The notes beneath the pieces are model-generated. The model saw only the letters and a list, made by a program, of their open reading frames with translations. It did no database searches and was not told the origin of the DNA. From Anaerolineae bacterium (lineage in GTDB: Bacteria; Chloroflexota; Anaerolineae; Anaerolineales; UBA6663), in assembly GCA_037442085.1 (NCBI GenBank), contig JBBIQY010000004.1, forward strand, positions 1,440-65,439: 64,000 nucleotides of DNA. The letters run 5' to 3'. A program made the translations under genes and the position numbers. Positions 47,024 through 57,520 of this stretch are shown here, piece by piece (position 1 is the first letter of the stretch; every line of letters begins with the position of its first letter).

Positions 47024-47548
47024 TCAGGGCCGTGCCGGCTGGCACAGCACGAAGCTGCCGCTTTCGGTCACCCGGTAGTCATACTCAGCCTCGCCGGCCC
47101 GGATGATCACCCAGTAACCGGGCACGACGGCCTGGGTGTATTCCATACCTCGTTGCGGGCAACCAAGCGACCCATCGCTCCAGATAACGGCTTCGGCGCG
47201 AAGGTAGGTAAAGGCCGCGCGCGTAACGCCGCTGCGCTGTTCCAGATCTGCTTCGATAATTTCCTGCAAAGTTGGCGGCAATTCACCGACCACGGGCGCC
47301 GTCGTTGGCGGCACAGTGGCCAGCTCCGGCGGACGGCGCGTCACCGGCAGCGCCGGAAGAGGAAGCGTCTCCGTCGTGGGGAGCACCGTCGCAGTCGGTT
47401 GGGGTCGAGCGCCGGGAGTTGTCGTCGCAGGTGCGAGTGGATCTGTCGTAGGTTCAGGCTGAGCCGGCAGCGCGGTGGGTTCGGGGAGCGTCAGCGGTGC
47501 ACAGGCCGCCAGCAACACGGCCAGCAATAACACAACAGCAAGTTTCAT
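47024..47548 (-). CDS. Lipoprotein of unknown function
   Basis: MKLAVVLLLAVLLAAC lipobox, Pro/Thr linker, about 90-aa C-terminal domain with two Cys (..WSDGSLGCPQRG...FVLCQ). Convergent with the S8 paralog, 5 nt away. Confidence 0.6.
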   Translation of the reverse strand: MKLAVVLLLAVLLAACAPLTLPEPTALPAQPEPTTDPLAPATTTPGARPQPTATVLPTTETLPLPALPVTRRPPELATVPPTTAPVVGELPPTLQEIIEADLEQRSGVTRAAFTYLRAEAVIWSDGSLGCPQRGMEYTQAVVPGYWVIIRAGEAEYDYRVTESGSFVLCQPARP

Positions 47549-47626
47549 GGGGAATCCTCCGATGAAGGGTGAACCGCAGCCACTGTCCCCCTGACGCCCT
47601 CCAGCAGAGCATAGTTCCCTAGAGCT

Positions 47627-48451
47627 TCAGAGCTGCAGCCGATGGCGCGGATAGGAGCCAAGCACCCGCAGCATCAGCGCATACTCCGCCAGATGCTCCA
47701 ACGCACGCTTGACCGGCGCTTCCGCCACCGAGCCGACGAAATCCACGTAAAACAGGTATTCCCAGACCTTGCCTACCAACGGGCGCGATTCGATCTTGGT
47801 CAAATCCAGATCGCGTAGCGCAAACACGCTCAACGCCTTGAACAATGAGCCGGGCTCGTTCTTCAACGTAAACACGATGGAGGTCTTGGCTTCACCTTCC
47901 GGCGCCGTCGGCTGCGACGCGATGGCCAGGAAGCGCGTGTAGTTTGCCGGATCATCCTCGATGCCCTCGGCCAGGACCATCATGCCATAGACCTCGGCGG
48001 CGCGGCGCGAGGCGATGGCGGCCATTTGCCCGTCGCCGACCGCCTTCACCATCTTGACGCTCCCGGCCGTGTCATAGGCCACCTCCGTCCGGACGTTGGG
48101 TAGCGAGCGCAGGTAACGCTCGCACTGCGCCAGCGCCTGTGGATGGCTGATGACTTTGCGAACCCCGGCCAGCGTCGCGCCGGGCAGGCCGATCAGGCAG
48201 TGGCGCACCCTGAGATGATGCTCACCAACGATGTGCAGCGAGTGCTGGAGCAGCAGATCGTAGTTGCGGTGGATGCTGCCGGCGACGGAATTTTCGATTG
48301 GCGCGAGGCCGCGTTCGCACGCGCCGGACTCGACAGCGGCAAACAGGGCTTCGAAGGACTCGTGCGGCACGGTCTCGACGTTTGCGCCGAAGTGCTCCAG
48401 CGCTGCCGCTTCGGAATAGGCGCCGGGCTCTCCCTGAAACGCAACGCGCAT
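47627..48451 (-). CDS. pheA: Prephenate dehydratase
   Basis: MRVAFQGEPGAYSEAAA..., IENSVAGSI, C-terminal ACT domain (TSIVFTLKNEPGSLFKAL...ESRP). Start trimmed to the conserved N-terminus. Confidence 0.85.
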   Translation of the reverse strand: MRVAFQGEPGAYSEAAALEHFGANVETVPHESFEALFAAVESGACERGLAPIENSVAGSIHRNYDLLLQHSLHIVGEHHLRVRHCLIGLPGATLAGVRKVISHPQALAQCERYLRSLPNVRTEVAYDTAGSVKMVKAVGDGQMAAIASRRAAEVYGMMVLAEGIEDDPANYTRFLAIASQPTAPEGEAKTSIVFTLKNEPGSLFKALSVFALRDLDLTKIESRPLVGKVWEYLFYVDFVGSVAEAPVKRALEHLAEYALMLRVLGSYPRHRLQL

Positions 48452-48633
48452 CGGTTCTTTATCCTCTACTGCCCACGGTCGGGAATTGCGCTTTTCAGCC
48501 ACGAAGGGGCATGGATCATTCGTGTCCGGCGAAGGCAATGCCTTCGCCAGACCCCGGGTTTGGAGATAGCCTCTCAGAAAACCGCAGTCTGTGTCCGCGC
48601 AGCGTATCCTTCGCGCAATTCGCTGCCACTACC

Positions 48634-49692
48634 TCAGGCCAGTCGCGCGATGATTTCGTCGGTCATCTGGCGCGTGTTCAGCTTCCCGCCCAGGTCGGCG
48701 GTACGGCAGCCGTCCGTGATCGCACGCTCCACGGCCGCTTCGATGAGCGCCGCCTCCGCCTCGAGCTTGAGCGAGTAACGCAGCAATAGCGCCGCAGACA
48801 GGATCGCGCCGACCGGGTTGGCGATGCCTTTGCCGGCGATATCGGGCGCGGAGCCGTGGATCGGTTCGTACAGGCCCGGCCCGCCCTCGCCCAGCGAGGC
48901 CGAGGGCAACATGCCCATCGAGCCGGCCAGCACCGAGGCCTCGTCGGTAAGGATGTCGCCGAACATGTTCTCGGTCACCAGCACGTCGAAGCCGGCCGGG
49001 CTGGTGACCAGCCGCATCGCAGCGGTGTCCACAAGCATGTTCTCGAAAGCCACGTCCGGGTGCTCCGCCGCGACCTGTGCGGCGATCTGCCGCCACAAGC
49101 GCGAGGTCTCGAGGATGTTGGCCTTATCCACCGAGGTCACCTTCCGACGCCGGCTCTGCGCCAGCTTGAACGCCAGCCGCAGGACGCGCTCGATCTCGAA
49201 GTCATGATACTCCAGCACGTCAACGACGCGCGTATGGCCGTTCACCTGCTCGCGCCGCTTCTCGCCGAAGTACAGGCCGCCGGTGAGTTCGCGGATTACC
49301 AGCACATCCACGCCTCTCAGCCGCTCGGGCTTGAGCGGCGAGGCGTCCAGCAAAGCCGGATGCGTCTTGGCCGGGCGCAGGTTGGCAAAGACCCCGAGGC
49401 CTTTTCGCAAGCCGAGGATGCCCTGCTCGGGTCGAACGCTGGCGGCCGGGTCGTCCCACTTCGGCCCGCCCACCGCGCCCAGCAGCACGGCGTCCGCCGC
49501 CCGGCAATCGGCCAGCGTCTCGTCGGTCAGCGCCGTCCCGTAGCGGTCAATCGAGCTGCCGCCGATCGGGCGCTCGGTGAAATGGAAACTGTGTCCGCAG
49601 CGCGTGGCCACGGTTTCAAGAACGCGCACGGCTTCCGCCACCACGTCGGGGCCGATGCCGTCGCCGGGGAGAAGGATGACCTTTGCTTTCAC
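48634..49692 (-). CDS. leuB: 3-isopropylmalate dehydrogenase
   Basis: (V)KAKVILLPGDGIGPDVV..., NLRPAK, NMFGDILTDEASVLAGSMGMLPSASL. GTG start chosen by N-terminal conservation; the track ORF begins at a TTG at 49740. Confidence 0.85.
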   Translation of the reverse strand: MKAKVILLPGDGIGPDVVAEAVRVLETVATRCGHSFHFTERPIGGSSIDRYGTALTDETLADCRAADAVLLGAVGGPKWDDPAASVRPEQGILGLRKGLGVFANLRPAKTHPALLDASPLKPERLRGVDVLVIRELTGGLYFGEKRREQVNGHTRVVDVLEYHDFEIERVLRLAFKLAQSRRRKVTSVDKANILETSRLWRQIAAQVAAEHPDVAFENMLVDTAAMRLVTSPAGFDVLVTENMFGDILTDEASVLAGSMGMLPSASLGEGGPGLYEPIHGSAPDIAGKGIANPVGAILSAALLLRYSLKLEAEAALIEAAVERAITDGCRTADLGGKLNTRQMTDEIIARLA

Positions 49693-49763
49693 GGCTTTCT
49701 CAGTCTGATGCGAAGGAGGGATGAAGAGACGATCGGTCAACGAATTGTCATCCTGTCATCCTT

Positions 49764-51326
49764 TCACGGGCCGGCCATCGTCAACCCGTACTCCATCGCA
49801 TCCGCCAGCGCGCGCCAGCTGGCTTCGATGATGTTGGCGCTGGCGCCGACCGTCGTCCAGCGCTTTGTCCCGTTCTGCGTATCAATCAGCACGCGCGTGG
49901 TTGCGCCGGTGCCGTTGTTGCCGTCGAGGATGCGGACCTTGTAATCGGCCAGCTGGAATTTATCCAGCACCGGATAGTGCGGCGTCAATGCTTTGCGCAG
50001 CGCCTTGTCGAGCGCGTTGACCGGGCCGTTGCCCTCGGCGGCGGTATGCAGCACTTCCGGCGAGCCGGGCACGCGCACCTTCACCGTCGCCTCGGCAAAG
50101 ATGCCGCGCCCGCGCCGGTGCTCGACGTTCACCGAGAAGTCAATCAGCTCGAACGGGGCGGTGTACGTCGGCTCCTGCCGCTTCATCATCATCGCTACCG
50201 AGGCCTCGGCGGCCTCGAAAGCGAAGCCCTGTGCTTCGAGCTGCTTGATCTCCGTAAGCACGCCGGCCACTTCGTCGCCGTGCTCGAACTCCAGGCCATA
50301 CTCCTCGGCCTTGCTGAGCAGGTTGCCGCGCCCGGACAGCTCGCTGACGACGACGCGCATCCGATTGCCGACCTGCTCCGGATCAACATGCTGATATGAT
50401 TTTGCAGTGCGCCGCATGGCGGCCACGTGGATGCCGCCCTTGTGCGCGAAAGCGCTCTTGCCGACATAGGCCAGGTGCTCGTCGGGCGCCAGATTGGCGA
50501 CCTCGGCGACGAAGTGTGAGACCTCATATAAGCGCGCCAGGCGGCCCTCCGGCAGACAGCGCACGTCCAGTTTCAATTCCAGGTTGGCGATGATGGAGCA
50601 CAGGTTGGCGTTGCCGCACCGCTCGCCGTAGCCGTTGATGGTGCCTTGCACCTGGATCGCGCCTTCGCGCACCGCCGCCAGCGTATTCGCCACCGCGCAC
50701 TCGCTGTCGTTGTGCGTGTGAATGCCGAACGGATGCGATATTTGTTCGCGTATACGCGAACAAATATCGCCGATCTCCCACGGCATCGAGCCGCCGTTCG
50801 TATCGCACAACACCACGGTCTCTGCGCCGCCGCGCAGCGCCGCGTGCAGCGTCTCGAGGGCATACGCCGGGTCGGCCTTGTAACCGTCGAAGAAGTGTTC
50901 GGCATCGTAGATGACGCGGCGGCCGTGCGCGCGCAGATAGGCCAGGCTCTGCTCGATGATCCGCAGGTTGTCCGCCAGCGTCGTGCGCAACACCTCCGTC
51001 ACGTGCAACGTCCACGTCTTGCCGACGACGGTGCAGACCGGCGTCCGGGCGTCGAGCAGGGCTTTGAGGTTGGCGTCATCGTCCACCCCCCCGCCCACGC
51101 GACAGGTCGAGCCAAAGGCGGCGATCAGCGCGTGTTTCCAGTCGAGGTCGCGTGCCCGCTCAAAGAACTCAGCGTCTTTGGGATTGCTGCCGGGCCAGCC
51201 GCCCTCGATGAAATGCACGCCCAACTCATCCAGCTTTTGTGCAATGCGCACCTTATCCGCGCAAGAGAGCGAGAGACCTTCACGCTGAGTGCCGTCACGG
51301 AGGGTGGTGTCGTAAATTTGCATCAT
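49764..51326 (-). CDS. cimA: (R)-citramalate synthase (CimA-type LeuA-family enzyme)
   Basis: MMQIYDTTLRDGTQREGLSLSCADKVRIAQKLDELGVHFIEGGWPGSNPKDAEFF is the CimA-type N-terminus, with a C-terminal LeuA-dimer-like domain. Confidence 0.75.
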   Translation of the reverse strand: MMQIYDTTLRDGTQREGLSLSCADKVRIAQKLDELGVHFIEGGWPGSNPKDAEFFERARDLDWKHALIAAFGSTCRVGGGVDDDANLKALLDARTPVCTVVGKTWTLHVTEVLRTTLADNLRIIEQSLAYLRAHGRRVIYDAEHFFDGYKADPAYALETLHAALRGGAETVVLCDTNGGSMPWEIGDICSRIREQISHPFGIHTHNDSECAVANTLAAVREGAIQVQGTINGYGERCGNANLCSIIANLELKLDVRCLPEGRLARLYEVSHFVAEVANLAPDEHLAYVGKSAFAHKGGIHVAAMRRTAKSYQHVDPEQVGNRMRVVVSELSGRGNLLSKAEEYGLEFEHGDEVAGVLTEIKQLEAQGFAFEAAEASVAMMMKRQEPTYTAPFELIDFSVNVEHRRGRGIFAEATVKVRVPGSPEVLHTAAEGNGPVNALDKALRKALTPHYPVLDKFQLADYKVRILDGNNGTGATTRVLIDTQNGTKRWTTVGASANIIEASWRALADAMEYGLTMAGP

Positions 51327-51360
51327 TTTGGATTTCTGAGTTCGGATTGTGGAGTGCTGA
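51327..51360 (-). repeat. AATC-type leader abutting the cimA start
   Basis: Minus-strand sense tcagcactccacaatccgaactcagaaatccaaa followed by ATGATG. An inverted partial copy lies at 51385-51400. Confidence 0.7.
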
Positions 51361-51401
51361 TCTACCCTCGAACTCAATCAGCCACCAGAAATCCACAATC
51401 T

Positions 51402-51986
51402 TCAATGCGAAGCTTCATACGCGGCGATCTTGTTCTCGAAGGACAGGATGTAGCCCAGCTCGTCTATGCCCTGGAGCAGGCAGGCCTTTGAGAAGCCGTC
51501 AATCGGGAAGGGGACGGCGCGGCCGCCCGGCAGAGTCACCGTCTGCGCTGCCAGATCAATGATCAGTTCCGCTTGCGGCGTTTCCTTGGCGAGCGCGAAC
51601 AGTTCGGCGTGTGTGGCGTTATCCACCACGACGGGCAGCAGGCCGTTCTTGAGGGCATTGTTGCGGAAGATGTCGGCGAAGGAGGTGCTGATGACGGCGC
51701 GGAAGCCGTAAGCGGTGAGCGCCCACGGCGCGTGTTCGCGCGACGAGCCGCAGCCGAAGTTGTCGCCGGCCAGCAGAATCTGCGCCCCGGCGGCCCGCGG
51801 CTGGTTCAACACAAAATCCGCTTTGGGCGAGCCGTCCGCGTGACAGCGCCAGTGGTAGAAAAGCGCGTTGCCCAACCCGGCCTTGTCGGTGACTTTCAGG
51901 AATTGCGCCGGGATGATCTGGTCGGTGTCAATGTCGTTGATCGGCAGCGCGACCAGGCGGGAGGTGAGAGTAGTAAATTGAGCCAT
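51402..51986 (-). CDS. leuD: 3-isopropylmalate dehydratase small subunit
   Basis: 194 aa. ..[14 protein letters not shown]..., [17 protein letters not shown]. Confidence 0.85.
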   Translation of the reverse strand: MAQFTTLTSRLVALPINDIDTDQIIPAQFLKVTDKAGLGNALFYHWRCHADGSPKADFVLNQPRAAGAQILLAGDNFGCGSSREHAPWALTAYGFRAVISTSFADIFRNNALKNGLLPVVVDNATHAELFALAKETPQAELIIDLAAQTVTLPGGRAVPFPIDGFSKACLLQGIDELGYILSFENKIAAYEASH

Positions 51987-52058
51987 TGCAGATTTGTGAT
52001 TCGTGGTTTTGGATTGCGAATTGTGTTCAATCCAAAATCAGAAATCCACAATCTAAAA
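51987..52058 (-). repeat. Inverted pair of AATC-type repeats forming an imperfect hairpin between leuC and leuD
   Basis: TTTTGGATTG (52007-52016) and CAATCCAAAA (52028-52037) are perfect complements. Flanks (gatttgtgattcgtgg / tcagaaatccacaatc) are partly complementary. Confidence 0.7.
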
Positions 52059-53459
52059 TCAAAGCAGCGTCCTCACGTCCGTGATCCGGCCTGTAAGCGC
52101 CGCGGCGGCGGCGGTGAGCGGCGAGGCGAGAAAGGTACGCCCTCCCTGGCCCTGCCGGCCTTCGAAGTTGCGGTTGCTGGTGCTCACCGCGTACTCGCCC
52201 GGCGCCAGCTGGTCGCCGTTCATGGCGATGCACATCGAGCAGCCGGCATAGCGCCAGTCCGCTCCGGCCTCGATGAAGATTCGGTCCAGGCCCTCGGCTT
52301 CGGCCTGCTTCTTCACCTCTTGCGAGCCGGGCACGACCAGCATCCGCACGCCCGGCGCGATTTTACGCCCCCGCAACAAGCCGGCGGCCAGCCTCAAATC
52401 GGAAATCCGCGAGTTCGTGCAACTGCCGAGGAAGACGACATTGACCGGATGGCCGAGCAGCGACTGGCCGGGGCGCAACGCCATGTACTTGAGGGCCTTC
52501 TCCAACGCCAGCTTTTGATTGGCGTCGGTCAACGTGTCCGGATCAGGCACGCAGCCTGTGATGGGCATGCCCATGCCGGGGTTCGTGCCGTAGGTGATCA
52601 TCGGCTCCAGGCTGGAAGCGTCGAGGGTAATGGACTTGTCGTAGGTGGCGCCCTCGTCCGTGGGCAACCGCCGCCAGCGGGCCACGGCCTCGTCCCAGGC
52701 CGCACCCCGCGGCGCGAACTCGCGCCCGGCCAGATACTCGAAGGTCGTCTCATCCGGCGCCACCATGCCGGCGCGCGCACCGCCCTCGATGCTCATGTTA
52801 CAGATGGTCATGCGCTGCTCCATCGTCAGCGCGCGGATGGCCGGGCCGGTGTACTCGAAGACATGGCCGGTGCCGCCGCCCACGCCAATGCGGGCAATGA
52901 GAGCGAGGATGATGTCCTTGGAGGAGACGCCCGGGTTCAGCCGGCCCTCGACCTGCACCTGGTAGGTCTGCGGCTTACGTTGCAGCAGGCACTGGCTCGC
53001 CAGCACCATCTCCACTTCGCTGGTGCCGATGCCGAAAGCCAGCGCGCCGAACGCGCCGTGCGTGGAAGTGTGACTGTCGCCGCACACGATCGTCATGCCC
53101 GGCTGAGTCAGGCCCAGCTCTGGCCCGATGACGTGGACGATGCCGCGCCGGGGCGAGTGCAGGCCATACAGCTGGATCCCAAATTCGGCGCAGTTGGCCT
53201 CCAACATCTTGATCTGCTTCGCGGCCAGCTCGTCAAGGATCGGCAGGTCGGGGCTGAAGGTGGGAATACTGTGATCCATCGTCGCCACGGTCTTGTCCGG
53301 ACGACGCACCCGCAGGCCCCGCGCACGTAGACCGGTGAAGGCCTGCGGCGAGGTCACTTCATGAATAAGATGCAGGTCAATGTACAGCACCGCCGGCGAG
53401 CCCGGTTCCTGGGTGACAACGTGCTGATCCCAGATTTTTTCGAACAGTGTCTGTGGCAT
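52059..53459 (-). CDS. leuC: 3-isopropylmalate dehydratase large subunit
   Basis: [15 protein letters not shown]..., [45 protein letters not shown]. Confidence 0.9.
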   Translation of the reverse strand: MPQTLFEKIWDQHVVTQEPGSPAVLYIDLHLIHEVTSPQAFTGLRARGLRVRRPDKTVATMDHSIPTFSPDLPILDELAAKQIKMLEANCAEFGIQLYGLHSPRRGIVHVIGPELGLTQPGMTIVCGDSHTSTHGAFGALAFGIGTSEVEMVLASQCLLQRKPQTYQVQVEGRLNPGVSSKDIILALIARIGVGGGTGHVFEYTGPAIRALTMEQRMTICNMSIEGGARAGMVAPDETTFEYLAGREFAPRGAAWDEAVARWRRLPTDEGATYDKSITLDASSLEPMITYGTNPGMGMPITGCVPDPDTLTDANQKLALEKALKYMALRPGQSLLGHPVNVVFLGSCTNSRISDLRLAAGLLRGRKIAPGVRMLVVPGSQEVKKQAEAEGLDRIFIEAGADWRYAGCSMCIAMNGDQLAPGEYAVSTSNRNFEGRQGQGGRTFLASPLTAAAAALTGRITDVRTLL

Positions 53460-53484
53460 TGTGCTCTGACCAGGCGAGAACGAC

Positions 53485-53685
53485 TCAGTTGAGCGTCACA
53501 CCGAGCCGGGGCAACTGCGCCGGCTGCGGCGTGGGCGGGTTGGGCGTGGTCTCCGAACGCGGCGCTCGAGCGGCAGGCCCCGTCAGACCAGACAAATCCC
53601 AAGCAGCAGGGATCTGGCGCAACTCAGCAAAGGGATCATACCAATCCGGCATCCGGTCGTTGGGCGAAGAGATCGGGGCGTTCAT
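53485..53685 (-). CDS. Small hypothetical ORF (66 aa) between leuA and leuC
   Basis: Its ATG overlaps the leuA stop as ATGA (53682-53685). By eye, GC3 is moderately high but lower than in neighbouring genes. No family recognised. Confidence 0.35.
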   Translation of the reverse strand: MNAPISSPNDRMPDWYDPFAELRQIPAAWDLSGLTGPAARAPRSETTPNPPTPQPAQLPRLGVTLN

Positions 53686-55349
53686 TTCGACTCCTGGCCG
53701 TTGGCGCTGTGCGCCGGGGCGGCGACCTCGGCGGGGGACTCTGGCGAGCCGTACTGGCCGGTGGTCACGAGCAGTTTGTTGAGCGCTGCCAGATAAGCTT
53801 TGGCGCTGGCGACGATGATGTCGGTATCCGCGCCATACCCGCCAAACGAGCGGGCGCGCGCTGTATCGTCCTGCGCCGTCAGCGTCGGCGAACCAGCATG
53901 ACTCTGGATGCGGACCGTCACTTCACCCTGCGCGTCAATGCCTTCGGTGATGGCGTGGATGGAAAACTCCAGCAGCGTATTCGGCGCCTGGACGATAGCG
54001 TCAATCGCCTTGTACGTGGCGTCCACCGGGCCGGTGCCGATGGCGGCGTAGACGTGGCGGCGCCCGCCCGGGCCAATCAGGCGCACCGTGGCCGTCGGCA
54101 GGCCCATCGTGCCGCAGGCCACCTGCAAACCGTCCAGCGTAAAGAACTCACGCGGTTGAAGGATTTCATCGGAGACCAGCGCCTCCAGGTCGGCGTCGGT
54201 GATCACCTTCTTCTTGTCCGCCAACGCCTTGAAACGCTCGAAGGCCTTGTCGAGATCGCTCTCGTTGAGCAGATAACCCAACTCCTGCAGGCGGGCCTTG
54301 AGCGCATGCCGGCCCGAGTGTTTGCCCAACACCAGCCGCGTGTGCTGTGCACCGACCGTCTCCGGGCGCATGATTTCATAGGTCTGGTGATGCTTGAGCA
54401 TCCCATCCTGATGGATACCGGCCTCGTGCGCAAAAGCGTTGCTGCCGACGACGGCCTTGTTCGGCGGGACGAGGAAGCCGGTATAGTTGCTGACCAGCTT
54501 GCTGACGCGCATGATCTGTGTCGTGTCTATGCCGGTTTGCAAGCCGAAGACCGGCCGGCGCGTATGCAGCGCCATCACCACTTCTTCCAGCGAAGTGTTG
54601 CCTGCCCGCTCGCCGATGCCGTTGATCGTCACCTCCACCTGTCGCGCGCCGTTACGGATCCCGGCCAGCGTGTTCGCCGTCGCCAGGCCCAGGTCATCGT
54701 GGCAGTGGGTGGAGAGGATGACGTTTTCGATGCCGGGCACGTGTTTCACGATCCCGGCGATCAGTTTGCCATATTCGTCCGGCGTGGTGTAGCCGACGGT
54801 GTCGGGGATGTTAAGCGTCGTCGCGCCGGCTTTGATGGCCTCGGCCAGCACGACGTACAGAAATTCCGGGTCGCTGCGCCCAGCATCTTCCGGGCTGAAC
54901 TCCACGTCCTCGCACAGGCTGCGCGCATAGGCCACCATTTCTGCTACCCGCTCGATCACTGCCTCCGGATCCATCTTGAGCTTGTATTTCATGTGGATCG
55001 GAGAGGTGGCGAGGAAGGTGTGGATGCGCGGACGGGCCGCCGGGCTAACGGCCTGCCAGGCTTTATCAATATCGTTCTTGTTGGCGCGCGCCAGCGCACA
55101 GATGATGGGCCGCCGCACCTGTCCGGGCGAAAACTCGATCCCCACCGGGTCGCCGACCTCCAGCGCGATGCGGCGCACCGCCTCCAGGTCATCGGGCGAA
55201 GCAGCGGGGAAGCCGGCCTCGATCACGTCCACGCCGAGACGGGCCAGCGCGCGCGCCACCTCCAGCTTCTCCGTCGAAGTCATCGAAGCGCCGGGAGATT
55301 GCTCGCCATCACGCAGGGTGGTGTCGAAGATGCGTACGTAGTTGTTCAT
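53682..55349 (-). CDS. leuA: 2-isopropylmalate synthase
   Basis: [24 protein letters not shown]..., [17 protein letters not shown]-terminal LeuA allosteric domain. Start trimmed from the track ORF. Confidence 0.9.
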   Translation of the reverse strand: MNNYVRIFDTTLRDGEQSPGASMTSTEKLEVARALARLGVDVIEAGFPAASPDDLEAVRRIALEVGDPVGIEFSPGQVRRPIICALARANKNDIDKAWQAVSPAARPRIHTFLATSPIHMKYKLKMDPEAVIERVAEMVAYARSLCEDVEFSPEDAGRSDPEFLYVVLAEAIKAGATTLNIPDTVGYTTPDEYGKLIAGIVKHVPGIENVILSTHCHDDLGLATANTLAGIRNGARQVEVTINGIGERAGNTSLEEVVMALHTRRPVFGLQTGIDTTQIMRVSKLVSNYTGFLVPPNKAVVGSNAFAHEAGIHQDGMLKHHQTYEIMRPETVGAQHTRLVLGKHSGRHALKARLQELGYLLNESDLDKAFERFKALADKKKVITDADLEALVSDEILQPREFFTLDGLQVACGTMGLPTATVRLIGPGGRRHVYAAIGTGPVDATYKAIDAIVQAPNTLLEFSIHAITEGIDAQGEVTVRIQSHAGSPTLTAQDDTARARSFGGYGADTDIIVASAKAYLAALNKLLVTTGQYGSPESPAEVAAPAHSANGQESK

Positions 55350-55365
55350 AGCAGAATGCTCACTG

Positions 55366-55409
55366 CCCAATTCGCAATGCGCATGGCGCATTGCGAATTT
55401 CGAATTGGG
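55366..55409 (-). other. Nested palindrome between ilvC and leuA
   Basis: TTCGCAATGCGC-atg-GCGCATTGCGAA (55371-55397, 12-bp arms). Outer CCCAATTCG / CGAATTGGG (55366-55374 / 55401-55409). No U-tract. Confidence 0.6.
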
Positions 55410-55416
55410 CCTTCGG

Positions 55417-56469
<1,053 letters not shown>

Positions 56470-56886
56470 TCAGAGCGAGGGATAGAGCGCCTCGTCGGTG
56501 TGGAAGTTCAGCAGGGCATCGAACACATCCGAGTCACTGACGATGCCGACCGGGCGCCCCTCGACGGCGACGGGCAGGCGCCGGATACGGTGCCGCATCA
56601 TCAACGCCGCGCAGCGCCGCGCCGGGCAGTCGGGGGTAACGGTGATGAGCGGGCTGGTCATGGCTTCGGCCACGCGCACGCGGCCCGGCTCGCGCCCGGC
56701 AGCGACAACCTTGCTCAAAATATCGTGTTTGGTGATGATGCCGTACGCCCCGCCCTCGTAACGCGGCGGCACGATCAGGCTAGAAATTTTCTTGGCCTGC
56801 ATCTTGCGAATAGCGTACGCCACCGACTCGCCGGCGTCCACCGTTTGCAGCGGCTGACGCATCAGGTGTTGGGCCGTTAACATCAT
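56470..56886 (-). CDS. CBS-domain pair protein
   Basis: About 138 aa with two CBS-like repeats (..VDAGESVAYAIRKMQAKKISSLIV.. and ..ITVTPDCPARRCAALMMRHRIRRLPV..). Its ATG overlaps the ilvN stop (TGATG). Confidence 0.7.
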   Translation of the reverse strand: MMLTAQHLMRQPLQTVDAGESVAYAIRKMQAKKISSLIVPPRYEGGAYGIITKHDILSKVVAAGREPGRVRVAEAMTSPLITVTPDCPARRCAALMMRHRIRRLPVAVEGRPVGIVSDSDVFDALLNFHTDEALYPSL

Positions 56887-57458
56887 CACACGGACATAGC
56901 CAGCCCGGCGAGCGCGACCTCGCCGTTGCTGTGTTCAGCGACCTGGGCAGCCACGGTCGGCGGGTTCGGGCTGACGGTCTCGGCCCCGCGCGCCATCGCC
57001 ACGATGCCGGTACGCACCATCTCGATGATACCGAACGGCTGCAAGACTTTGATCAACCCCTCGATCTTGTCCTCGGAGCCGGTGACCTCCAACATCAGCG
57101 ATTTTTCTTCGATGTCCACCACGCGCGCGCGGAACACGTCCGCCAGTTGCAGAATCTCGGCGCGCTTGCCGTTGGCAGCAGAGACTTTAACCAGCGCCAG
57201 GTCGCGCACGACGGCGGCCTTGTCGGTCACGTCATCCACCCGCAGCACGTTGACCAATTTGTACAAGTTGGCCTCGATGCGGCGGGCCGTCACGTCATCG
57301 GTATCTACCACGATCGTCATGCGGCTCACGCCGTCCTGCTCGGTGCGGCCCACCGTCAGCGACTCGATGTTGAAGGCGCGCCGACGAAACAGCGAAGCAA
57401 CGCGGTTCAGCACGCCGGGTTTGTCTTCCACGTAAGCGACCAGAATGTGTTTAGGCAT
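56886..57458 (-). CDS. ilvN: Acetolactate synthase small (regulatory) subunit
   Basis: MPKHILVAYVEDKPGVLNRVASLFRRRAFNIESLTVGRTE (ACT domain typical of IlvH/IlvN). Confidence 0.9.
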   Translation of the reverse strand: MPKHILVAYVEDKPGVLNRVASLFRRRAFNIESLTVGRTEQDGVSRMTIVVDTDDVTARRIEANLYKLVNVLRVDDVTDKAAVVRDLALVKVSAANGKRAEILQLADVFRARVVDIEEKSLMLEVTGSEDKIEGLIKVLQPFGIIEMVRTGIVAMARGAETVSPNPPTVAAQVAEHSNGEVALAGLAMSV

Positions 57459-57520
57459 AAGGTCTCCGATCAGAAAGTGGAAAGTGGAAAGCGAAGCCTT
57501 ACCTGCTACTTTCTATTTCG

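Noticed and set aside
48528-48548. The 9-bp palindrome GGCGAAGGC-aat-GCCTTCGCC in the 182-nt leuB-pheA spacer, as a terminator separating pheA from the operon.
   Set aside because: It has a 3-nt loop and no U-tract on the transcribed strand, so it is insufficient to call a terminator. pheA is therefore kept in the operon model with the caveat stated.
57459-57520. GAAAGTGG/CTACTTTC word repeats in the ilvB-ilvN spacer, and again upstream of ilvB (59279-59325), as a defined regulatory hairpin family.
   Set aside because: The 7-bp stem CTACTTT-ctgg-AAAGTAG upstream of ilvB is real but short. The ilvB-ilvN spacer gives only ambiguous, mismatched pairings when I try to fold it by eye. The evidence is not strong enough to claim a specific element.
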